Shown here piece by piece: positions 29,552 to 38,903 of a stretch of 64,000 nt of DNA (within the stretch, counting starts at the first letter, position 1; the number at the start of each line of letters is the position of its first letter). The position numbers and the translations under genes were made by a program. The notes beneath the pieces are model-generated. The model had not been told where the DNA came from and ran no database searches. It saw only the letters and a list, made by a program, of their open reading frames with translations. Source of the DNA: Armatimonadota bacterium (GTDB lineage: Bacteria > Armatimonadota > HRBIN16); NCBI GenBank assembly GCA_963677485.1, contig OY781964.1, positions 1,728,001 to 1,792,000 on the forward strand, read 5' to 3'.

Positions 29552-31354
29552 TCATCCCCCGACGGTGCTCTCAAGCGACTGCCGGTCGACCAGCCCGGCG
29601 TAGATGCCGCCCAGCTCCACTAGCTCGTCGTGCGTGCCCAGCTCAGCCAGATGGCCATCGGCGATGACCGCAATCTGCTCCGCATCGCGGACGGTGCTCA
29701 GGCGGTGGGCCACGACCACGGTGGTGCGATTCTGCATCAACTCATTCATGGCCTGCTGCACAATGCTTTCACTCTCGCTGTCCAGCGCGCTGGTGGCCTC
29801 GTCCATGATGATGATCTGCGGGTCCTTCAGGAAGGCCCGCGCGATGGAGATGCGCTGCTTTTGCCCCCCGCTCAGACGCACGCCGCGCTCACCGACCATG
29901 GTTTCATATCCATCGTCCAGCCCCAGTATGAATTCGTGGGCGTAGGCACGGCGAGCGGCCTCCATCACCTCATCCATGCTGGCGTCGGGACGACCATAAA
30001 GGATGTTGTCTGAGATGCTGCCAGAAAAGAGGATGGGTTCCTGTGGGATGAGCGCGATCTGAGAGCGCAACGAGTAGATGGTGTAGTCACGCACATCGTG
30101 ACCATCGATCAGGATGCGCCCCTCCTGCCACTCATAGAACCGCATCAGCATATGGGTGACGGTGGTCTTGCCGCCCCCACTGGGCCCCACCAGTGCCAAC
30201 GAGCTGCACGCGGGGATGTGGATGTTCAAGCCGCTGAGCACCGGGTTCTCGTTGCCGGGGTAGGTAAAACTGAGGTTTTCGATAGTGATTTCGCCCTTGA
30301 AGGCAGGAGCCGCGACCGCATCGGGTCGATCGGCCACCTCAGGCTCCACGTCGAATATCGCGAAGATGCGGTCGGTGGCCCCTAACGCGGCGGCGACCAC
30401 CAACTGCATCTCGTTCAGCCACTCAAACGGGGTATAGAGCGAACCCTGCATCATCACAAACTGCGTCAGAAGGCCGATGCTGACGTTACCGTATGTCAAC
30501 GCGATATAACCGCCGGCCCCGATCACTATCAACTGCGCCAGACTGCGGGAGAGAGTCATACAGGCCTGGCTCAGACCGTCCAGTTGGCTGTTGCTCACGC
30601 CGATGTTCACCAGCGCGATGTTGTCATCGAGGAAACGCTGCGCCTCTTCGTCCTCGCCGGTGAACGCCTTCACCACGGTGGTGGCGGAGAGCTTCTCCTG
30701 CGCGTTACCGCTGAGCTGGGCCATACGGTCGCGGATATCGCGGCTGTTTTGCTTCACTTTCCAGCCAATCTTGCGCTGGATCAGCAGTTGCACCGGCAGC
30801 ATACACACACTGAGCAGTCCAAGTATCGGGTTTTGCCATATAAAGTAGCCCACCACCACCACGATCATGCCGATGCTCATCCAAACCTGCACAAACGCCT
30901 TGCTGACGAATGGTTGAATAGAATCGATGTCGCCCACGAGTCGGCTTGTCAGGGATCCAGAGCGGTTAGCGTCGAAAAAGCTGTGGCTGAGTTTCTGGAT
31001 ATGCCCGTAGAGGTCGCAGCGCAGGTTGCACATCACCAACTGAACGGCCCTGGCTCCGACTGAGGTGCGCAAGAATACAAAGGTGGGGGTCAGCAAGGCC
31101 ACGCCGGCACCGTTCACGAGCAGGTGGCGGAGTTGAAGCCAGGCGTGCGGGCCGCTGATTTTGCCGGCACCGGATTCGACCAGCACGTTGATCGACTGCC
31201 CCACCACCCAGGCCATCGCCACAGGGGTCAGCAGTTTGACCAGACCAAACACTGTAGCGGCGGCGAAATAGGGCCAGTAGGGGCGGATATAGGCGATCAG
31301 CCGTCGAAGATTGCGAGCGTGTGCCTTCTTTTCGGTTGGAGTATCAGATGTCAT
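29552..31354 (-). CDS. ABC transporter, fused permease/ATP-binding (MsbA/Sav1866-like exporter)
   Basis: TM domain, Walker A GPSGGGKTT, signature LSGGQKQR, Walker B IIIMDEATSALD, H-loop AHRLST. Confidence 0.95.
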   Translation of the reverse strand: MTSDTPTEKKAHARNLRRLIAYIRPYWPYFAAATVFGLVKLLTPVAMAWVVGQSINVLVESGAGKISGPHAWLQLRHLLVNGAGVALLTPTFVFLRTSVGARAVQLVMCNLRCDLYGHIQKLSHSFFDANRSGSLTSRLVGDIDSIQPFVSKAFVQVWMSIGMIVVVVGYFIWQNPILGLLSVCMLPVQLLIQRKIGWKVKQNSRDIRDRMAQLSGNAQEKLSATTVVKAFTGEDEEAQRFLDDNIALVNIGVSNSQLDGLSQACMTLSRSLAQLIVIGAGGYIALTYGNVSIGLLTQFVMMQGSLYTPFEWLNEMQLVVAAALGATDRIFAIFDVEPEVADRPDAVAAPAFKGEITIENLSFTYPGNENPVLSGLNIHIPACSSLALVGPSGGGKTTVTHMLMRFYEWQEGRILIDGHDVRDYTIYSLRSQIALIPQEPILFSGSISDNILYGRPDASMDEVMEAARRAYAHEFILGLDDGYETMVGERGVRLSGGQKQRISIARAFLKDPQIIIMDEATSALDSESESIVQQAMNELMQNRTTVVVAHRLSTVRDAEQIAVIADGHLAELGTHDELVELGGIYAGLVDRQSLESTVGG

Positions 31355-31569
31355 ATCGTCTCACCATTTATGGATATAGTATACCCAATCTGGCGTCGGC
31401 ACCCTGGAAGCGGCTTAGGCTGTAGAGGCGGGGGATGGTATCCCATATAAATAAGCACCAGTTGATCTTCGATTCCGCGACATAAATGTCTCGGCACAGG
31501 ATGGATACAACCCCAATCTGTATTTATGGGCAACTAACGTGTCCTTTAAGGGCATGGGTTCAAGCATTA

Positions 31570-32472
31570 TCACACCCTCCGATCCTCGATGAACGCCAGC
31601 GTCTGCTCAAGCGAGGGCAGACCGGTTCTGCCGCCTTGCTTCTGGCATTTGATGGCGGCGACAGCCGATGCAAACTCCGCACACCGGGCGGTATCCCATC
31701 CTGACGCAAGGCCGTAGGCAAACGCACCATGGAACGAATCGCCGGCGCCGGTGGTGTCGACCGCATCGACCTTGAAGGCTTTACCGACCCCACGGGAGGT
31801 TGGGTCGGAGTAGACATATCCCTCAGAACCCAGCGTGATCACAGCCGTGGTTGGACCGCAGGCGTGAATGGAATCCAGGGCCGCATCCAGGTTTTGGGCG
31901 TAGCCGTTTTGGTATGCATAATGCTTCGGCACAATCAGCACATCTATATAACGCAGCAGCTCGTGGTTCTGCGGGGCTGGGATAATGTCAGCGACCACTG
32001 GAATGTGATGTGCACGGGCCAATCTGGCCGCAGCAAGAGACATCTCCGGGTAGATATCATCAATGATGAGGGTCTGCGAGTCGGCGATTCGCGGCATACT
32101 TAAGGAACTATCCCAATGCAGATTGCTGCCTGGACGATGGAAGATGGTGCGGTCACCAGATGCCTCATCGACGTGGATAAAGCTGAACGGGCTCTCCCCA
32201 CCGGGTTTTTTCTGCACACCGGAGGTGTCGATACCCTCACGCTGCAGTTCTGCAGTGATTTCGTCCGCGATGGCATCTGCCCCCAGCAAGCTGAACAGAT
32301 CGCATGAGGCACCCAGCCGGGCACACGCTACCAGTGCCGTGCCGATCAGCCCGCCGCCCTGTGCATGGTAACTGCTGACTAGGGCGGTATCACCCCACTC
32401 CACACGCGGCGAGGACACGATATAATCCTGGCAGCAAACACCCACCCCGCAGATTCTCACCATTTCACCCAC
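31570..32472 (-). CDS. PfkB-family carbohydrate kinase
   Basis: QGGG...TA..ACARLG N-terminal motif and DTTGAGDSFHGAF signature. Confidence 0.92.
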   Translation of the reverse strand: MGEMVRICGVGVCCQDYIVSSPRVEWGDTALVSSYHAQGGGLIGTALVACARLGASCDLFSLLGADAIADEITAELQREGIDTSGVQKKPGGESPFSFIHVDEASGDRTIFHRPGSNLHWDSSLSMPRIADSQTLIIDDIYPEMSLAAARLARAHHIPVVADIIPAPQNHELLRYIDVLIVPKHYAYQNGYAQNLDAALDSIHACGPTTAVITLGSEGYVYSDPTSRGVGKAFKVDAVDTTGAGDSFHGAFAYGLASGWDTARCAEFASAVAAIKCQKQGGRTGLPSLEQTLAFIEDRRV

Positions 32473-32609
32473 TCCTTCTCGGCTGCTGATACTCGAAATG
32501 CGATATACGGTAATATGCAGTATAGATCATCTTTTGATTGAAACACAAAGACGTTGATGAAAGAACACGCCCGAATGCACCAGGCATAAAACTCAAGGAG
32601 TGATGTGGA

Positions 32610-33956
32610 ATGACTATCCGTCTTGCTGATGATATCTACTCGGCTTTAGCCCATGTCCCGCTGATTGATGCACACACCCATCTGGTGGATGGTGCGTTGA
32701 GCGCCCGCGGGCTGCATGACATCATGCTGTATCACATGGCCATCAGTGACCTATACGCTGCCGGCTGCCCAAGCGGCGGCAGGCTGACACAATATCCCGA
32801 CTGGCCCTCCGACGAGGAAGCGCACTCCAGGATCATCGAAGCTCTGCCCTGTCTGCCCCACACGCGAAACACCAGCATATCATGGGGGATTCGCACCATT
32901 CTTCGTGATCTCTACGGCATAGGCTCCCCGGTCGACACCAGCAACTGGCGGTATCTCGATTCGATGATCCGTGAAAGAGCGGATGACGCCGCCTGGCACA
33001 CCGAGGTCGCGAAAAAGGCTGGGATCAAACGCTTTGGCACGGAGATCGCACGCCGCCGCACCGGCTCCGATGATGCTTTGCTAAGCTATGCGCTAGAATG
33101 GGCGTTCTTCACGCGCTGCCAATGGGGCGAATACGACACCGCGCTGTATGAGCTGGAGCGGTGCTGGGGTAAGCTCCCCGGCCCGCCAGCGCAGATAGGC
33201 GGAGGGGCACGTCCTGCGACGGAGAAGACAATCCAGAGTTTGGCCGATGTCCATTCGGCAATGGATTGGTATGTGCAGAATATTCCGGCTGACATGATCA
33301 CCTCGATGGCCACCCATATCTCCACCGATATCGCCTTATCGCCCGTAAGTGCGTCTACGATGGACGCGGCACTTTCTCAGCGGGATCACGCCGGAGCCAG
33401 TGAGCGTGATATCTACGCCTCTTACATCAATGAGCTGTTCCTCACCGCTTTAGAACGCCACCATAAGCAGCATCTGGTGTTCCAGTTCAGTCTGGGTGCG
33501 GAGCCGCTGCCGTATGAAACAGGCAGCCGCCTCTCTCAAAACACCATCGCCCAGCTTGCGGAGATGATCAGCCGGCACCCGAATATTCACTTCCAGTGTT
33601 TCCTGTCCAGCCTTCACGCCAACCAGTCGCTCTGCACCCTTTGCCGCGAGCTGCCTAACCTGTCACTGGCCGGTTATTGGTGGCACAACTTCTTCCCATC
33701 CAGCATCCGGCAGGTGATGTCCGAGCGTCTGGACATGCTGCCGGTGAATAAGCAAATCGGCTTCTTCTCGGACGCCTACTGCGTGGAGTGGGCATACGCC
33801 AAGGCGGTGATCGTGCGCAAGCAACTGGCGACCGTGCTGACGCAGAAGATCGAGGATGGGCAATACGACCGAGATGAGGCACTGGGCATCGCCAGAGACA
33901 TCCTGTTCGAGTCACCTCAGCAACTCAACCACATCACGCCATCAAGCATACTGTAA
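32610..33956 (+). CDS. Amidohydrolase-superfamily protein resembling uronate isomerase
   Basis: IDAHTHL metal motif, AGYWWHNF, FFSDAYCVEW pattern as in UxaC-like proteins; AAGGAG RBS. Confidence 0.7.
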   Translation: MTIRLADDIYSALAHVPLIDAHTHLVDGALSARGLHDIMLYHMAISDLYAAGCPSGGRLTQYPDWPSDEEAHSRIIEALPCLPHTRNTSISWGIRTILRDLYGIGSPVDTSNWRYLDSMIRERADDAAWHTEVAKKAGIKRFGTEIARRRTGSDDALLSYALEWAFFTRCQWGEYDTALYELERCWGKLPGPPAQIGGGARPATEKTIQSLADVHSAMDWYVQNIPADMITSMATHISTDIALSPVSASTMDAALSQRDHAGASERDIYASYINELFLTALERHHKQHLVFQFSLGAEPLPYETGSRLSQNTIAQLAEMISRHPNIHFQCFLSSLHANQSLCTLCRELPNLSLAGYWWHNFFPSSIRQVMSERLDMLPVNKQIGFFSDAYCVEWAYAKAVIVRKQLATVLTQKIEDGQYDRDEALGIARDILFESPQQLNHITPSSIL

Positions 33957-33982
33957 GGAATGACAGCACAAAGGAGCTCTTT

Positions 33983-34840
33983 TTGGAACTGATAGGTTTG
34001 GATCGAATGTTAAGGGAAGCCCAGTCGAAGCACTACGCGGTAGGGGCCTTCAACTACTGCAATGCGGAGACGGCTCAAGCCATCGCGCAAACCGGATGTG
34101 AGCTGCGCTCTCCGGTGATTTATATCATCGGGCCCATCGAATACCCGCTGATGGGTGCCAAAATGATGGTTGACATCGTGAAGCTGGTCGCCGCCGATTG
34201 CGATGTGCCGGTCTGCCTGCACCTCGACCATGCGACCAGCATTGACCAAGTGCGCGAGTGCATCGAGGCCGGGTTTCCCTCCGTGATGATGGACGCCTCT
34301 CAGTATGACTTTGAGGAGAATATTCGGCTGACCAAAATGGTGGTCGAGATGGCGCACGCCAAAGGCATCACTGTAGAGGGCGAGCTGGGAGCTGTGGGCA
34401 AGGTCGATGACGCCACAGTAGAGGGGCAGGAGAATGCCTCGCTGACCCTACCGCACAAGGCGGCTGAGTTCGTAGAACGGACCGGCATCGACGCGTTGGC
34501 GATCTCCATCGGGAACGCACACGGTCTATACAAACAGAGCCCAGTGCTGGATTTTGAACGTCTGCAGGCAGTTCGCGATGCCACCGATGTGCCGCTGGTG
34601 CTTCATGGCGGATCGGGCACACCTGTGGACCAGCTTCACCGCGCCATCGATATCGGCATCAGTAAGGTGAATGTGGCCAGCGAGCTGGGGCGGGCCTTCC
34701 TTGATGCGATCGATAACTTCAACCGCACCAAGCGCTCCAAAGAGTGGTATGCGCTCTCATTGGTGGATGCCAAGCAGGCTGTGGCGCAGGTCGTGGCCCG
34801 CTGGATGCGCGAGCTGGGCAGCACCGGCCGGATTAGCTGA
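33983..34840 (+). CDS. Class II ketose-bisphosphate aldolase (fructose/tagatose-1,6-bisphosphate aldolase family)
   Basis: YAVGAFN, LHLDH, SVMMDAS, VEGELG, GNAHGLY, LVLHGGSG, KVNV motifs. Confidence 0.93.
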   Translation: MELIGLDRMLREAQSKHYAVGAFNYCNAETAQAIAQTGCELRSPVIYIIGPIEYPLMGAKMMVDIVKLVAADCDVPVCLHLDHATSIDQVRECIEAGFPSVMMDASQYDFEENIRLTKMVVEMAHAKGITVEGELGAVGKVDDATVEGQENASLTLPHKAAEFVERTGIDALAISIGNAHGLYKQSPVLDFERLQAVRDATDVPLVLHGGSGTPVDQLHRAIDIGISKVNVASELGRAFLDAIDNFNRTKRSKEWYALSLVDAKQAVAQVVARWMRELGSTGRIS

Positions 34841-34857
34841 GGCAAGGTGATCTTCTA

Positions 34858-35243
34858 TTGCAGCCAACCGTTGCCTATGTCCGGGGCGGTCTGTGCGTAG
34901 GCTAGCGGATGCAGAAGGCTCGAGACCGCGCCGGTCTGGCGGTTAGCCATATAGGATTGGTGTCGGGAACAAGCACCCGCCCGTGCATGCACGGCAACCC
35001 AGGCTGTAACTGATGCGTCACACTGAGGCCACAGGTGATATGCGAATGGCTGTTCGCCTCTGTTGCAGCCAACCATTGCCTATGTCCGGGGCGGTCTGTG
35101 CGTAGGCTAGCGGATGCAGAAGGCTTGAGACCGCGCCGGTCTGGCGGTTAGCCATATAAGATTGGTGTCGGGAATAAGACCGGCGCGGTCTATAGACAGT
35201 GGCCGCTGCAGGCGTACTGACAGACCGCCCCGGACATAGCCAA
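34858..35243. repeat. REP-like cluster between convergent genes with a ~115-bp direct duplication and an inverted unit
   Basis: 34858-34973 resembles 35063-35178; 35177-35243 is close to the reverse complement of 3441-3505; 34968-35005 matches 61-97. Confidence 0.85.
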
Positions 35244-35330
35244 TCACGTAACTTACAAGCAGATCACCGATTCGTGCCATCTGGGCAGCGCGTATGCTCT
35301 CCGTAAACCCCTAGAAATACCCTAGACCGT

Positions 35331-37430
35331 CTAGCTTAGTAAACACTTGCCGGTGGCGACATTAAAGATGACCGTGCTGCAGGGCGCCATGGTGATGTGG
35401 AGCTCACGGCCATCCCGAAGCTTCAGCTTACGCTGACCACCGTCGGCACTGTGCAGGCAGAGCGACTGGTTGTCGACCAACAGAACATCACCGGACTCAT
35501 CGTAGATATGGGCACCAGCCTGCTTGAATAATCCCCGCATCAAACCGGCACCACGCATTGGAAGCGCACTATAGATGGTGGTATACCCCGGGTACACCCG
35601 CCGGGCCAACCCCACCACTCCGTCTGTGGCGTAATGCCCCAATGGCTCCGCAGACGAATCGTTCAGCCTGAACAGCGGCTCCACATGCTTCGCGACACCA
35701 AATGGCTGGTGTCCGCCGACGGGTATGATCTCCGGTGGGTTTGAACACGAGTGCTCACTCAGAGTCATGCCGGTGATCTCAGACACCATGGCCGCGTCGT
35801 GCAGCCTTTGGCCATCCGAATACCCTGGGGCGTAGAACCAGATCACCGTTCGTTGAGCCTGGCACACCTCCTTCTTGATGTATCTGCGCTGCCGCTGGTT
35901 CATCTGGAAGCAGTTGGCAAATATCACCACGCGGTACTGGTTCAGGTCGGCCTTTTCCAGGTCGTGCAGGAACAGCTTATCGATGGCAGCACCGGTGTGG
36001 TAGGCATCGGCGGAGCTAAGGTCGACCGCGGGGTATGAGATGGGGTCATTGGGGCTATGCGAGGTGGCCAGCCCGTAGAAGCACTCCAGATCATACACAA
36101 ATAACACATCGGCCACCGACTTATATGGGCCTTTGGCCACACGGTCGTAGATGCGCTTCATTTTGGCCTGGTCCGCCTGTATCTCCGGGTGATCCCACCA
36201 TCCACCCGCACCGTCCGGACCGAAGTCATACCACCACAAGCCCGTTCCATGCGTCAGCACATAGCCGAAATTGCGGCGATGCAGCGCGATCGTCTGCTGC
36301 ATGTTGGCGGGTATCTTGGGCGGTTCGCGCTTGAAGGCGTCCCCCAGGTGGGAGGCGTGGTCGGTTTCACTCAGCCAGAGCTTGCCATGCAGCCGCAGGC
36401 TGTCTTCAAGCCCGCGCAACTGGCCTGTGCCGCCCACCGCACGCGCGGAATCTTCGTATGACAGCGGTCCGCTGAGGTAGTCCACATCGGGGCTTTTGAG
36501 CAGTGCCGGTAGCTCCATATGACCGCCATCCACCATCCCCATCTCCACCATGCAGTGGAAATAGCCGTAGAACAGCCCCACCACGCAGGGTCGCGGCCAG
36601 GCCGTTTTGATGGTGTGGCAAAACATCAGAATCGCCTCAAGGGTGCAGAGCTGCTGATATTTGTAGTAGTCCATCACCCTGCGCTCCAGCAGAGGGTCGC
36701 GAAACACCCCGCGGCTGGTGTACTGACGCTCAGCCGAAGTGGGCAGCACCGCTGTCTTCAGGCTGGCCGTCGGGTTGTTCCAGGCCTTCCGCAATGCGGA
36801 GTCGGTGCGGTAAGTTTTCGTCAGCCACTTACGCCAGTATCTGGTCATACAGGCCCCGCTGTCTGGTTCCAGCCAGAACTTCCAGTAGTGCCATTCGCCG
36901 TAGAGCGCACCCGCCAGGTGCATGCCGATCACCTGCTGTCCTTCAGGCAGGCGGGCCAGCTCGGTGCAGAAGTGCCGCAGCATATCATCGGCTTCGCTGC
37001 GCCACTGCTCCGATGCCAGACATGGCTCGTAAGGCGCGTATTTGTCGCCCTCTTCGTCGCGGATGTTATACCCCACGCATTCGGTGGGGTGCTTCAACAT
37101 CCACCACGCCGGAGGATCGACATGGATGCGGATAAACACCGCCGCATCGGCACAGACGCTGTAGACCCCCTGCAACTGCTTTCGGATGGTGGGCCAGTCG
37201 AGCTGGTTGGCCTCCAGCCAGACGTCCCGGAACCAGATGTCGATTTGGTAGAGCTTGTATCCCAGCTTTGCGAACAACTCTAGGTTGTGCCTGGGCGTCT
37301 CCTCCCAGGTGAAGCGGCCGCCCTCGGTGAGTGCGTAGATGATGGGCGGCACCGGCTGGTTGTTGATGAGTAGTCCCAGACGGCCATTGGCCTCCGCCAC
37401 GCGGGCCGAATAGGGTTTGGTGAATTCCAT
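35331..37430 (-). CDS. GH42-like hypothetical glycoside hydrolase
   Basis: YGEWHYW, DYLSGPLSY, LWLSETD, WWYDF motifs and a trimerisation-like C-terminal domain; start set at MEFTK. Confidence 0.7.
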   Translation of the reverse strand: MEFTKPYSARVAEANGRLGLLINNQPVPPIIYALTEGGRFTWEETPRHNLELFAKLGYKLYQIDIWFRDVWLEANQLDWPTIRKQLQGVYSVCADAAVFIRIHVDPPAWWMLKHPTECVGYNIRDEEGDKYAPYEPCLASEQWRSEADDMLRHFCTELARLPEGQQVIGMHLAGALYGEWHYWKFWLEPDSGACMTRYWRKWLTKTYRTDSALRKAWNNPTASLKTAVLPTSAERQYTSRGVFRDPLLERRVMDYYKYQQLCTLEAILMFCHTIKTAWPRPCVVGLFYGYFHCMVEMGMVDGGHMELPALLKSPDVDYLSGPLSYEDSARAVGGTGQLRGLEDSLRLHGKLWLSETDHASHLGDAFKREPPKIPANMQQTIALHRRNFGYVLTHGTGLWWYDFGPDGAGGWWDHPEIQADQAKMKRIYDRVAKGPYKSVADVLFVYDLECFYGLATSHSPNDPISYPAVDLSSADAYHTGAAIDKLFLHDLEKADLNQYRVVIFANCFQMNQRQRRYIKKEVCQAQRTVIWFYAPGYSDGQRLHDAAMVSEITGMTLSEHSCSNPPEIIPVGGHQPFGVAKHVEPLFRLNDSSAEPLGHYATDGVVGLARRVYPGYTTIYSALPMRGAGLMRGLFKQAGAHIYDESGDVLLVDNQSLCLHSADGGQRKLKLRDGRELHITMAPCSTVIFNVATGKCLLS

Positions 37431-37494
37431 GCAGGGGGCCTCCTCGATGATACACGATATGCTTAACGAGTCATTCGAGCCGGTAACCGGCGGC

Positions 37495-37812
37495 TCAGGG
37501 AGATACTCTAGATGGCACTTTGACAAAAGACATGACCACGAATACAAATAAACCTAGAAATCCGACCACCAGTGCTATGATCAGCCTCAAGATTGCTGCC
37601 CACCATTGCTTCTTTAGCAGGCACCGGATGGCAAACACGAACAACGCAATCGTCGATACAAACTGGACCAGCCCCAGAAGAAGACCAACTAATGATTGCA
37701 GTATGTTTAGATTGCTGTCCCACAGCGAAACCCATGTCACCATGGCGACGACTGGTACCAATACCTGCACCCAAAGCTTTTGTAGATACAGATTAAGCAC
37801 TTTCCGGATCAT
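37495..37812 (-). CDS. Small membrane protein, about 3 TM helices
   Basis: 105 aa with three hydrophobic stretches; GAGG RBS. Confidence 0.6.
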   Translation of the reverse strand: MIRKVLNLYLQKLWVQVLVPVVAMVTWVSLWDSNLNILQSLVGLLLGLVQFVSTIALFVFAIRCLLKKQWWAAILRLIIALVVGFLGLFVFVVMSFVKVPSRVSP

Positions 37813-37956
37813 GGCTATGTCACCTCGTTTTCATCGCAGCTATGTATAGCTTATACGACGATGCCACCGGCGGTCGTTTCGCAGTTGGCGGTGGAGGATG
37901 TAAATCCGGCAGATCAGGTCGATCCGTCGGATGTCACTCACACGCCTCAAGCAGAT

Positions 37957-38886
37957 TTAATACGGGCTGGGCTTGCCTAACACCTGCTCGCAGTAACGCC
38001 GGTAGAGGTTGGCCGCCCCAGGCACCGAGCTAAAGGGGCTCATGAAGGCGCTAAAAGTGAAGGTGATCTGCTTGGTGACATACGGCTCCGCCATGCGCAT
38101 ACGGCGGGTGAGCACCCGGATGTCGCGCGGCGGGAAGTGGTAGCTCATATGCCGGTCGAACGCCTCAAGATTCCCCCACACTTCGATCTTGAACTCCTCA
38201 CCCAGTTTCTTAACTTGCTCAATGTAACTCACATACTCGCTGCGAGGGGTGGTGCCGTCTTGGAACGCCATGATGTCGATCAAGCCAGTGGTGCCCTTCA
38301 GCAGCTCACGCCAGGAATACGCGAACTCCTCGGGGGGTAAATAGGCGTCCACGCCGATGATCTTGCCAGGGAAGTAGGGTGATATCAACACAGGACGCTG
38401 GCTGTTGTTCCGCTTGCAATAACTTGCCATCTCGCGGAACAGCTTGTTCCAGCCGGGTTTATTGCTGTGCGCTTCATGGCAGATATACCAGCCGTAGAAC
38501 GCCTGATGGCCCCCATACCGCTCCAGCACCTCATCCACAAACTGCTTGCCCAGCGCGATTTCTGCATCGATCATCCGTTCGCCGCCGTTGTAGATGCGGC
38601 CGCTGTCATACGTGCCGAAGAAGAGCTTCATACCCCTCTCCGCGGCCTCGTCAAGGAACAACTGTGCGAGGTCAGGGTCATACTGGTTGCCCACCACTTT
38701 GCTGGGGAACACCGCGAGGTCTTCGAGGCCGCCCCGGATGATCACCAGCGTGTCGATGCCGATGTAGGCCATCGCATCGAACTCACGGCGCCAGTCATCC
38801 TTGCCGTAGTTCAGACTGCCGATATCGAAGGTAATTTCGTCTATGAATGTGCCGGTGATGCGGCCTACATTTCCACTGTCATGCAT
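37957..38886 (-). CDS. DUF4434-like putative glycoside hydrolase
   Basis: ITGTFIDEI, GIDTLVII, FYGWYICHE, AFQDG, WGNLEAF motifs. Confidence 0.75.
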   Translation of the reverse strand: MHDSGNVGRITGTFIDEITFDIGSLNYGKDDWRREFDAMAYIGIDTLVIIRGGLEDLAVFPSKVVGNQYDPDLAQLFLDEAAERGMKLFFGTYDSGRIYNGGERMIDAEIALGKQFVDEVLERYGGHQAFYGWYICHEAHSNKPGWNKLFREMASYCKRNNSQRPVLISPYFPGKIIGVDAYLPPEEFAYSWRELLKGTTGLIDIMAFQDGTTPRSEYVSYIEQVKKLGEEFKIEVWGNLEAFDRHMSYHFPPRDIRVLTRRMRMAEPYVTKQITFTFSAFMSPFSSVPGAANLYRRYCEQVLGKPSPY

Positions 38887-38903
38887 TGCTATGCCCTCTT
38901 ATT

